Notes under the pieces: model-generated
What the model was told of the DNA's origin: nothing
Seen by the model: only the letters and a program-made list of their open reading frames with translations
Database searches by the model: none
NCBI GenBank assembly: GCA_963753435.1
Contig: CAVWCF010000001.1
Location: 922,711-986,710, forward strand
Origin: an uncultured Actinomycetota bacterium
GTDB lineage: Bacteria > Actinomycetota > Actinomycetes > CAVWCF01
Length of the DNA: 64,000 bases
Direction of reading: 5' to 3'
Shown: in pieces, positions 46,966-56,113 of the stretch
How the letters are laid out: every line of letters begins with the position of its first letter
Numbering within the stretch: the stretch's first letter is position 1
Program-made: the position numbers and the translations under genes

Positions 46966-48297
46966 ATGACGGCGTCTGCACCGCACGTCCTCTACATCGC
47001 ATGGGGTTTCCCGCCTTGCCGCGGCAGCGGTGTCTACCGCGCACTCGCTACGGCCAACGCGTTTGCCGCCAACGGCTGGAAAGTCACGGTGCTCACCGCC
47101 GATCGAGAAATCTGGCTCCGCTACACCGGCGCGGACCTCAGCCTGGAGGAACGCATCGATCCGCGGGTCAACGTGGAGCGGGTTCGGTTCGAGTGGCCGA
47201 CTCTGGACCCTGACATCTCCAGTTGGTCGCGCTTGCGTGTCGCCACCCCGCGGGTGTGGGGCCGGGTACGCCGCCTGCGCGACCAGTTGCCGTTCCCCGA
47301 GGTCGCCTACGGCCCTTGGCTGCCCGTACTCAAGGAAGCGGTGCAGCGCATCCACGAACAGGACCCGGTCGATCTGACCGTGGCAACGGCAAACCCGCAT
47401 GTGACATTCGGCGCAGCACACCACCTGTGGCGGACCGCGGGCGTGGACTACGTCATGGACTACCGCGACGCGTGGACCCTGGACGTGTTCAGCGGCGACC
47501 GGGTGCACTCACCGCGATCGCGCGCCGGTCGACGCGAAGCCGAACTGATCGGCGCCGCCAAAGAGGTCTGGTTCGTAAACGACCGGATCCGCGACTGGCA
47601 CCGCACCCAGTACCCGGGGCAGGCCGATCGCATGCACACAGTCGCCAACGGCTACGACCCGGAGTTCGTCCCACCGGGCATCGGCCGCGCCCCCGATCCG
47701 GATCGGCCGTTGCGCTACGGATACCTGGGCACGATCTCGACCCGGGTTCCGATCGGTGAGTTCGCCGAGGGCTGGCGCCAGGCTCGCCGGGCGGAGCCGC
47801 TTGCGGACGCCACCGCGGTAATCCGTGGGCACCTCGGGCACTACCGCGCCGCGAATGCGAACGTGTCGGCGATGCTGGATTCGGCGCAAGAAATCGGCAT
47901 CACGTACGACGGACCCGTGGCTAAGGCGGACGTTGCGGACTTCTATCACTCCGTGGACGTCCTCCTGCTCATCTTGGGCTCGGGCCGGTATGTGACCTCG
48001 GGCAAGGTGTTCGAGTACGCCGCAACTGGGCTGCCGATCGTGTCCGTTCACGACCCCGACAGCGCCGCGAGCACGGTGCTGGCCGACTACCCATCGTGGT
48101 TCCCCGCCGCCAGCCTCAGCGCGGCGGACATCGCAGCCGCGCTGCTCGCGGCCGGGCGGGCGCGCCGTGCCGAGACGGCCGAAGCGCGCGATGCCGCCGT
48201 CGCGGCGGCCCAGAAGTTCGCGCGGGATGCCCAGCTGCGTCCGCGCGTCGATGCCCTGCGCCCCAAGGCGCCAACCTCGAGTGCACCGACATCGTGA
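46966..48297 (+). CDS. GT4-family glycosyltransferase (paralogue of 38528-39832)
   Basis: Start MTASAPHVLYIAWGFPPCRGSGVYR, parallel to HVLMLPFHFPPARGSGVNR in the paralogue. C-lobe KVFEYAATGLPIVSV. Confidence 0.7.
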   Translation: MTASAPHVLYIAWGFPPCRGSGVYRALATANAFAANGWKVTVLTADREIWLRYTGADLSLEERIDPRVNVERVRFEWPTLDPDISSWSRLRVATPRVWGRVRRLRDQLPFPEVAYGPWLPVLKEAVQRIHEQDPVDLTVATANPHVTFGAAHHLWRTAGVDYVMDYRDAWTLDVFSGDRVHSPRSRAGRREAELIGAAKEVWFVNDRIRDWHRTQYPGQADRMHTVANGYDPEFVPPGIGRAPDPDRPLRYGYLGTISTRVPIGEFAEGWRQARRAEPLADATAVIRGHLGHYRAANANVSAMLDSAQEIGITYDGPVAKADVADFYHSVDVLLLILGSGRYVTSGKVFEYAATGLPIVSVHDPDSAASTVLADYPSWFPAASLSAADIAAALLAAGRARRAETAEARDAAVAAAQKFARDAQLRPRVDALRPKAPTSSAPTS

Positions 48298-48860
48298 GCG
48301 AGCCCCTGCGCGTGGCCGTGCTCTCCGGAGGCCGCCTGCCCGACATCAGCGCCCTGGCTCCAGTCGCCGAACTCCGCAGCCGCGGCGCCGAGGTCGCCCT
48401 CATCTCCCGCCAGCTTCCCAGCTCCGCCCAGCAAGGCCTCTTCGACGCTGCCCACGTGCTCGGTCGCGGGCCGGCAGCAGAACTGACGGCGCTGATGGAA
48501 GCCGCGAACGACGCCACCGAGGCCGACCCGGCCGCACCGATCACGCGGGCACGGCCGCCGCTGCCGCAACTGGTTGTCCGCAAGGCCCAGTTGGAGGCCA
48601 GGCGGGCCCGGCGGGTGGCTCGGCGCTCAGCACTGCGCGCCCGGCGCGGTCTGCAGCGGCGCCTACGCCGAACGGGACCTCGACCGCTGGGACGCGACCT
48701 GCGCGCCGACCCGGTCGCTGGCGCTCTGGTGGACCGTGCGGATCTGGTGGTCGCCCTGGACCGCGCCGGCGTGCGCATCGCCTGGGATCGCGCGCGGCAG
48801 ACTGGGGCGGGAGCCGTCCTGGGCCTGCCTGCGGCGGTCTGGTGGGTGGACCACCGCTGA
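48294..48860 (+). CDS. Hypothetical Arg-rich protein, GTGA-coupled to the preceding GT4 gene
   Basis: GTG at 48294 overlaps the GT4 stop. 188 codons. The central stretch is extremely basic (ARRARRVARRSALRARRGLQRRLRR). Could be a non-coding frame artefact of GC-rich DNA. Confidence 0.3.
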   Translation: MSEPLRVAVLSGGRLPDISALAPVAELRSRGAEVALISRQLPSSAQQGLFDAAHVLGRGPAAELTALMEAANDATEADPAAPITRARPPLPQLVVRKAQLEARRARRVARRSALRARRGLQRRLRRTGPRPLGRDLRADPVAGALVDRADLVVALDRAGVRIAWDRARQTGAGAVLGLPAAVWWVDHR

Positions 48861-48881
48861 GCTGAACGAGCGGCGGGACAG

Positions 48882-49856
48882 TCAGGCAAGGAGTGCGGCG
48901 ACGGCCGCCGCCAGCCGCCGGTACTCCCCCGTGTCCGTTCGCGTGGCCGCCCAATCCCGAGCTCGATCGCGTAGTCCCAGCAACTCTGATGGATCCAGTT
49001 GCCAACGCCGCAGCACTTCGCCGGCCGCAGCCGCATCGACCACGATCCCCGCTCCGGAGTCCACCAGCAGTGACTCCTGCCGGGGCAGTGGCGATGCCAG
49101 CACCGGCAGTCCGGCGGTCAAGTACTCCACGACCTTGGTCGGCAAAGCCTCTACGAACGCCGGCGTCGAGTGCAGCAGACTCAAGCCCACCCACGCGTCA
49201 GCGGCACCCGCCCAGGCCCGCTCGGGGGGTTGGCGGCCCCAGAGCCGGACACGGTCACCAAGTCGCTCCGCTGCGATCTGGGCCCGCAGCTCGTCCGCTT
49301 CGCTCGGGGCGATCGGTCCAACGAGATCCATCGTCCAGTCTGGCGCTTGCGCGATGGCGCGAACCATGTCGAACGCGCCCCGTGTGCGTCGGATATCGCC
49401 TACATACAGAGCGCGAGGCCGGGCAGCGGGATCGGCCGGCTCCGGCAGATAGCCGGACTCCGGCGTGTTGCGGACGACGACGCGGTTGCGCGCGCGCAGT
49501 GGCGGCACCTGGTCGTCAGCCACGATGGTCAGGTCCGCGCGAGCGGTGAGTTCGTTGGCCCAGCGCAGTCCCGAGGTAACGGCCTTGACCTGGGCCGAAG
49601 GCCAATCTCGGTCCAGCACCAACTTCGTGTAGTCCTCGTGTACGTCGACCGCCACGGGCGGACCGCCCAGGCGGCGCCGTGTCATTGCGGGCACGACCAG
49701 GTCCGGGTCCAGCACCAGCAGTACTGAACCCGTGGCCTGCCAGGGCAGTCGCGCCCCGGCCCGCAGGCGCGCACCGAGCCCCGAGCGAGGACGGGTGAAC
49801 ACACGCTCTGCTGATTCCGGGGCCGCGGCTGGATCACCCAGCCCGAGCACCTCCAC
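48882..49856 (-). CDS. Short GT4-like glycosyltransferase
   Basis: 324 aa. C-lobe with VVEYLTAGLPVLASP (E-x7-E region). The N-lobe is reduced. Confidence 0.6.
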   Translation of the reverse strand: MEVLGLGDPAAAPESAERVFTRPRSGLGARLRAGARLPWQATGSVLLVLDPDLVVPAMTRRRLGGPPVAVDVHEDYTKLVLDRDWPSAQVKAVTSGLRWANELTARADLTIVADDQVPPLRARNRVVVRNTPESGYLPEPADPAARPRALYVGDIRRTRGAFDMVRAIAQAPDWTMDLVGPIAPSEADELRAQIAAERLGDRVRLWGRQPPERAWAGAADAWVGLSLLHSTPAFVEALPTKVVEYLTAGLPVLASPLPRQESLLVDSGAGIVVDAAAAGEVLRRWQLDPSELLGLRDRARDWAATRTDTGEYRRLAAAVAALLA

Positions 49857-49957
49857 CGACAGGCCGTGCTCGGTGAGTGCGGCGACGGTTCGGTGCAGCC
49901 GCGCATCGGCGACGTCATGTCCCGTCGTCAGAACGCTGACATCGACTGGCGCGCCGG

Positions 49958-50735
<778 letters not shown>

Positions 50736-50758
<23 letters not shown>

Positions 50759-51617
50759 GCTCCCTGGACAAGAAGGCCCAACTCCCGACCAGCAGGGCGA
50801 TGATCGGCCACACGATCGCGCCCACGATCATGCCCGTGGTGGGAGAGGTAGCCCGAACCATGAGTTCACCCAAGCTCCCCATCAGCCCGAACAATGGGTT
50901 CAGTTGGAGCAAGACGAGCAGGACCGGGTTGTCCTCAAGCCGGTCCAGCACCAGTTCTGGCAACCAGATGATCGGGGATACGTACAACCAAATCCGCAGG
51001 AGGTACGGAAGGAAACTGGTCGTGTCGCGGAAGTACACCTGAAGGGTCGCCATCAGCATCGCCAGGCCAGACGCGAAGACGACCACGAGCCCAAGCAGCG
51101 GGATGGTCCACAACTGGATCCAGCCGAACGGCAGACCGGCGAATACATGGATCACGCCGTACACGGCAAGAGTCGGCAGGAACCGGTAGAACGCTGTCCG
51201 GACTGCGGAAAGCGGCAGCAACACCCGAGGGAACGCCGTGTTGGTGATCATCTTGCCGGCGCTGACGACGCTCGTTGCCCCACCCGACATTGACTGCGCG
51301 ATGAAGTAGAAGGTGAACAGACACAGGAGCAGGTGCGGGAAGAACGCGGCGTCGGAACTTATGTCGCGACCACCGATGATCACGATCAGCAGCCAGTAGA
51401 CGCAGGCCAGCAGCAGCGGATTCAGGATGTTCCAGATCCGCCCCAGCACGGTGAGGCTCTGCTGGGCCCTGGCGGTGGCTCGGGACAACTCCGCCGCGAA
51501 CTCGCGGCGGCGCCAGGCCTCAGACAAATAGGGACCAAGCGGCGGCAACCCAGCCCGATGGGGTGCATAGACGTGGTGATCGCCCAGGAAATCCACGTCA
51601 GGGGCTGCTGAGCGCAC
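50736..51617 (-). CDS. ABC-2-type polysaccharide exporter permease (TagG/Wzm/KpsM-like)
   Basis: Six TM helices. The N-terminal cytoplasmic segment and helix pattern are typical of ABC-2 permeases. 23-nt overlap with the ATPase gene. Confidence 0.8.
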
Positions 51618-51691
51618 TCAGACCTTCTCTCGAATCGGACCGCCACGCGCGAGGGACCGCAGCGGGAGAGTACTAGGAGACAGGCGCGCAC

Positions 51692-52828
51692 CTAGGGCGC
51701 GGCAAGCGCCAAAGCCTGCACGAGCCTGGGCCCATCCACGTCCCAAGACAGTTCGGGTTGGGCCGCGGCAACGGCGGCGCACAGCTCGGCATAGTTGGTC
51801 CGGGCCGCTTCGACCGCCGCAGCCAGCGACTTGTGGTCGCCCGGGCGGTAAAGCGTGCCGATGCCGTATCGGCGGACCACGGCCGCAAGTTCATCCACGT
51901 CAGTTGCCACCACGGGCACACCGGCGTGGATCGCGTGGAAGAGCTTGTTGGGCAGAGCCAGGCGGTGGTTCTCCCACCGATCGGAGTGAGACACCAGCGC
52001 CAAGCCGGCCGCCTGCAGCCGCTTCGTCACCTCATCCACCGGTTCGGCGCCGAGCACGGTCACCTTCCCGGTTCGTAGGCGCGCCAAGAACTGCTCGTCG
52101 GCGGGACCGAGCAGGGTGACCGGCAGGTCCAGCAATTCCGCTGCCTCGATCGCCACCTCGATTTCCCGGTCGGCCGCGATGCGGCCCGCGTAGACGAGTC
52201 CGGTCGGCTCGGGGATTGGTTGCAGCTGCGCATTCAACGGAAACGTGTTGCGGACGACTTCGACGTTGTCCCAGCCGTAGCGGCGCCGGAGGGCGGCTGC
52301 AACTCCCTCCCCGACAGTGATGACTACGCGTGCTTGACCACCTAGTACCCGTTCCTGCGCGATCTCTCTGCGGTTTGCCAGCGGCGTTGGGCGGCCTTGA
52401 CGCGGTCGCCCAGGCCAGTACTCGTGCGTGTCGTACACGTACGGCACGGCGCTGGCCCGGGCCAGTTCCGCGCCGACGGCCAACGCGGTGAAGTCGTGAG
52501 CATGGACAACGTCGAATTCGCGCCCTTGCGCGTCCGCGTGCGCGGCTTCGGCCCAGGCCCCGAAAACCGCGGCTCGATGCCGCGGCAGCAGAAGCCACCT
52601 GGCCACCCGGTACAGCAGGGTCGTGCGCCGAACGCGGGCCGCAGTCGCTGGCAGCGTCGGCTGATCCCCCACGCTCGACACGGTGACGCCGGCCGGGGGA
52701 ACGAAGTCGCCTGGAACCGCCCGACCGATCACGTGCACGGCGTGGCCGGCTTCGGCGAGGGTCTGTGCCTCACGAAGCACTCGGGTATCAGTGGCGACGG
52801 ACGTCGCCACAAGCATGAGGATCTTCAC
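51692..52828 (-). CDS. GT4-family glycosyltransferase
   Basis: GTG start VKILMLVATSV, GTGA-overlapping the upstream GT2 stop. C-lobe NKLFHAIHAGVPVVATD (E-x7-E region). Confidence 0.75.
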   Translation of the reverse strand: MKILMLVATSVATDTRVLREAQTLAEAGHAVHVIGRAVPGDFVPPAGVTVSSVGDQPTLPATAARVRRTTLLYRVARWLLLPRHRAAVFGAWAEAAHADAQGREFDVVHAHDFTALAVGAELARASAVPYVYDTHEYWPGRPRQGRPTPLANRREIAQERVLGGQARVVITVGEGVAAALRRRYGWDNVEVVRNTFPLNAQLQPIPEPTGLVYAGRIAADREIEVAIEAAELLDLPVTLLGPADEQFLARLRTGKVTVLGAEPVDEVTKRLQAAGLALVSHSDRWENHRLALPNKLFHAIHAGVPVVATDVDELAAVVRRYGIGTLYRPGDHKSLAAAVEAARTNYAELCAAVAAAQPELSWDVDGPRLVQALALAAP

Positions 52829-53796
52829 CGGCGCGCCAGCCTTGCCGGACTGGACAGGAAGCCCCATCCCCAGGCCAGGTGCATCACCGGCAATACGACC
52901 GGGAGACGAACCGCGCTGCGCCAGGCAAGCCGACTGCCGATGACCGCGCTGCCGCCGAGCACGACGAGGGCGTATCCGCCCGGCAACAACCACCCGACAC
53001 GAAGGCCCAGCAGCCCGGCGGCAGTGCCGGCGACGACACCGACCAGCGCCATGGGCGGAGCCAGGTACCGGAAGGTGACGGTGCCGCGATGCTGCCGGGC
53101 AACGACCCGCCGCCACCTCCCATAGTCGCGATATTGGCGCGCCAGCGCCCGGACGGTGGATCGGGGTCGGTACGTCACCCGCAGCCGCGGCGTGAACCAG
53201 ACGGTGCCACCGGTCTGCCGGATCCGATGGTTCATCTCCCAGTCCTGCGCCCTGGCGAAGCCCTCGTCGTACCCGCCGACTCGTTGCAGGGCCGCACGGC
53301 GGAAGGCGCCCAGGTAGACGGTGTCGGCGGGGCCCTCCGCGCCGCCGGTATGGAAGCGGGCCGCCCCCACCCCCAGCGGACTGGTCATGGCCGCCGCCAC
53401 CGCCGCTTCAAATGGGGTCGTGCCCTCAGCCGCCATCACGCCACCCACATTGTCCGCACCCGTGGACTGCAGCACCTCCACCGCGACGCGCAGGTAGTCG
53501 GGCGGGAAGAGCGCGTGTCCGTCCACGCGAACCACCAAATCGTGCTCGGCGGCCCCGATGGCGGCATTCAGCCCGGCCGGGGTTGCTCCAGTGGGATTCG
53601 GGACCAGTCTGATCCGTGGGTCCGTTGCGCTCAGGTCCCGGGCGATCACGTCCGTGCCATCGGTCGACGGCCCCAGGGCCAGGATCAACTCCCACGGGCC
53701 GGGGTAATCCTGCCGTTGGATCTGGGTAACGGACTCGGCCAGGTGCCGCTCCTCATTGAGAACCGGCATCACCACTGAGACGGGCGGCCAGGACAC
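52825..53796 (-). CDS. GT2-family glycosyltransferase with C-terminal membrane helices
   Basis: VSVVMPVLNEERHL ... DxD-type region VVRVDGHA ... C-terminal hydrophobic helices (LAPPMALVGVVAGTAAGLLGL...). Confidence 0.8.
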   Translation of the reverse strand: MSWPPVSVVMPVLNEERHLAESVTQIQRQDYPGPWELILALGPSTDGTDVIARDLSATDPRIRLVPNPTGATPAGLNAAIGAAEHDLVVRVDGHALFPPDYLRVAVEVLQSTGADNVGGVMAAEGTTPFEAAVAAAMTSPLGVGAARFHTGGAEGPADTVYLGAFRRAALQRVGGYDEGFARAQDWEMNHRIRQTGGTVWFTPRLRVTYRPRSTVRALARQYRDYGRWRRVVARQHRGTVTFRYLAPPMALVGVVAGTAAGLLGLRVGWLLPGGYALVVLGGSAVIGSRLAWRSAVRLPVVLPVMHLAWGWGFLSSPARLARR

Positions 53797-53834
53797 GGCC
53801 GAACCGTATCCGGGCAGCGCGTCGCGCAGATGAA

Positions 53835-53856
53835 TGTCACGTTCTTGTCACGTACG
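53835..53856. promoter_or_regulatory. 11-bp-phased direct repeat tgtcacgttct/tgtcacgtacg (OmpR-family, MtrA-box-like candidate operator) in the divergent GT2-LCP promoter region
   Basis: Read directly at 53835-53845 and 53846-53856. The repeat lies in a locally AT-richer 148-bp divergent intergenic region, about 90 bp upstream of the LCP start. Confidence 0.4.
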
Positions 53857-53944
53857 CTGTGCCTGGCCAGGTTTGGCGGGAACCGTCCGGGGGCATCATG
53901 CGCCCAAGTAGTGCAGACATGGCACGACCCCGCCTGCAGGAGCC

Positions 53945-55516
53945 GTGACCGACGTCCCACAGCCGGCCGCTGGCGAGTACGGCGCGGCAGATCAAGGAGA
54001 GCGCGTGAGCAGTGGAGTGGGTGCCGCGCCGTCGGCTGCTCCAGCGCTTCCCCCGGAGTTGGACCCACGGCAGCCACCGCGCCGCAACTGGGTGCTTCGG
54101 GGTCTAGCCGGTGGCGTCAGCGCTGCGATCGTGGCGGCGAGCCTGTTCGGGTACATCACCTTGAACTACTACGACGACAAGATCACCCGGATCGACAACG
54201 TCTTCGCCGGTCGCGATTCGGATCGGCCGGTCAAGGTCGCGACCGAGTCGATCAACATTCTGCTGGTCGGGTCCGACAGCCGGGAAGGACTCACCCGCGA
54301 AGAGATCTCCCAACTCAAGGTGGGCATCGAGGGCGGACCCGACGGCAGCGGTCGCCGTGCCGACACCGCGATCCTGATGCACCTGGACTCCGACTGGTCC
54401 CGGGCGACCTTGGTGAGCTTCCCCCGTGACTCCTTGGTCGACATCCCCGAGTTCACCGACTCGGACGGGAGCACCACCCGAGCTCAGCAGAACAAGCTGA
54501 ACGCCGCTTATGCCATCGGCGGCCCGCAGTTGCTTGTGTCGACGATCGAGCAGAACACGGACCTGCGCATCGACCACTACGTCGAAGTGGGGTTCGACGG
54601 CTTCGTGAAGGCCGTGGACGCCGTCGGCGGAGTCGATGTGTGCACCGAGGAAGCGATCAGCGACCGGCGCTCCGGTCTCGAACTGGCTGCCGGCGAGAGT
54701 CGACTGGACGGCGCCCAAGCGCTGGCATTCGCACGCGCCCGCTACTTCGACCCGACCGCGGATATCGGCCGCATGCAGCGGCAGCAGCAGTTGCTGGCCT
54801 CGCTGTTCAACGAAGCGACGTCGACCGGGGTGCTGTTGAACCCCCTGCGACTGAACGGCCTGCTCGACGCCACGCTGTCCTCGATCTCCACCGACCCCGG
54901 GTTCGACCGTCAACTCATGCTCAACCTCGCTACCAAGATGCGTGATGTCGCCGGCGGCGAAGTCGTCTTCACCACCGTGCCGATCGGTGACGCCAACAAC
55001 CGGATCGAGGGCATCGGATCCACCGTGGAGTGGGACGAGCAGGCCGCTGAGGAGTTGTTCCGCGCCATCCGCGAGGACCAGCCCATCGGGTCGCAGTCAG
55101 AGGAGGCGGCCGCGGCGGCCCCAAGCACCACGCCGGTCGTCTCAGTCCCACCGGGGTCAATCTCCATGAAGGTCCTGAACGGTGTGGGCACAGCGGGACT
55201 GGCCCGGCAGTCGGCCGACCAGCTGGCGGCCCTCGGGTTCTCGGTAACCGGCGTCGGCGACGGAGAACGCGTCACGGCCACGGAGATCCGGTACGACCCG
55301 CTGTGGGACGAATCGGTCAAGACCGTTGCCGCGGCACTGCCGGGCGCCCGGCTGGTGCCGGTGCCGGGCCAAGGCGGCACCTTTGTTGTCGTGATCGGCG
55401 ACGCGAACCAAGCGTTCCAGCCGGTAACGGTCCAGGCGGCCGCCGACGAGCCGGCCCCAACAGCTTCAGAGTCGGCAGCACCGGTCCGGTCCGCCGCCGA
55501 CCCGCTCTGCGGCTGA
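53945..55516 (+). CDS. LytR-CpsA-Psr (LCP) family glycopolymer-peptidoglycan ligase with C-terminal LytR_C domain
   Basis: N-terminal TM anchor. LCP core (INILLVGSDSREG...RADTAILMHLD...SFPRDS...LNAAYAIGGPQL...FARAR). C-terminal LytR_C-like domain (KVLNGVGTAGLARQSADQLAALGF). Confidence 0.85.
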   Translation: MTDVPQPAAGEYGAADQGERVSSGVGAAPSAAPALPPELDPRQPPRRNWVLRGLAGGVSAAIVAASLFGYITLNYYDDKITRIDNVFAGRDSDRPVKVATESINILLVGSDSREGLTREEISQLKVGIEGGPDGSGRRADTAILMHLDSDWSRATLVSFPRDSLVDIPEFTDSDGSTTRAQQNKLNAAYAIGGPQLLVSTIEQNTDLRIDHYVEVGFDGFVKAVDAVGGVDVCTEEAISDRRSGLELAAGESRLDGAQALAFARARYFDPTADIGRMQRQQQLLASLFNEATSTGVLLNPLRLNGLLDATLSSISTDPGFDRQLMLNLATKMRDVAGGEVVFTTVPIGDANNRIEGIGSTVEWDEQAAEELFRAIREDQPIGSQSEEAAAAAPSTTPVVSVPPGSISMKVLNGVGTAGLARQSADQLAALGFSVTGVGDGERVTATEIRYDPLWDESVKTVAAALPGARLVPVPGQGGTFVVVIGDANQAFQPVTVQAAADEPAPTASESAAPVRSAADPLCG

Positions 55517-55519
55517 GCG

Positions 55520-56038
55520 CTACGGCTGAGCGGGGCTGTCCTCGCGGGAACGAACGATCGCCGCGCGCCGCGCGAGCCGGTGCTCACGGCGGATCTCGGC
55601 TTCGCGCCAGCGCCGCGAGTCCTCGGTGGTCTCGATAAGCAATTGCGGCACCGATCGCGGCTGCCCCGCCGCGTCGATGGCGACGAACACGAGATACGCG
55701 GTCGCCACTCGCACCAACGGTGCGTCAGCATCGTCCCAGCGCTCGGCGGTCACGCGCACGCCGACTTCCAGGGAGGTGCGCCCGGTCCAGTTGACCTGCG
55801 CGTCGGCGTGCAGCAGATCACCCACCCGCACGGGTTCGACGAAGATCATCTCGTCCATGGCCGCGGTGACTGCCGCGCCGCCGCTGTGCCGGGCGGCAAC
55901 CGCCCCGGCGCAGTCGTCTACGAACTTCATCACGACTCCGCCATGCACGGTGCCCAGCAGGTTGGTGTCGTTCGGCGACATGATCTGGCTCAGTCGCGTA
56001 CGAGAAGCCGACGAAGGGCGCTCCGCGACCGTTGTCAT
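55520..56038 (-). CDS. Acyl-CoA thioesterase (hotdog fold)
   Basis: SPNDTNLLGTVHGGVVMKFVDDCAG, the hotdog thioesterase signature. 172 aa. Confidence 0.75.
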   Translation of the reverse strand: MTTVAERPSSASRTRLSQIMSPNDTNLLGTVHGGVVMKFVDDCAGAVAARHSGGAAVTAAMDEMIFVEPVRVGDLLHADAQVNWTGRTSLEVGVRVTAERWDDADAPLVRVATAYLVFVAIDAAGQPRSVPQLLIETTEDSRRWREAEIRREHRLARRAAIVRSREDSPAQP

Positions 56039-56113
56039 GGTGTGGAACCCTAACGTTCAGGTCACGAGTGTCCGATGGACATTGCGGGCGATTCGCGGCG
56101 CGAGGAGTTGGTA

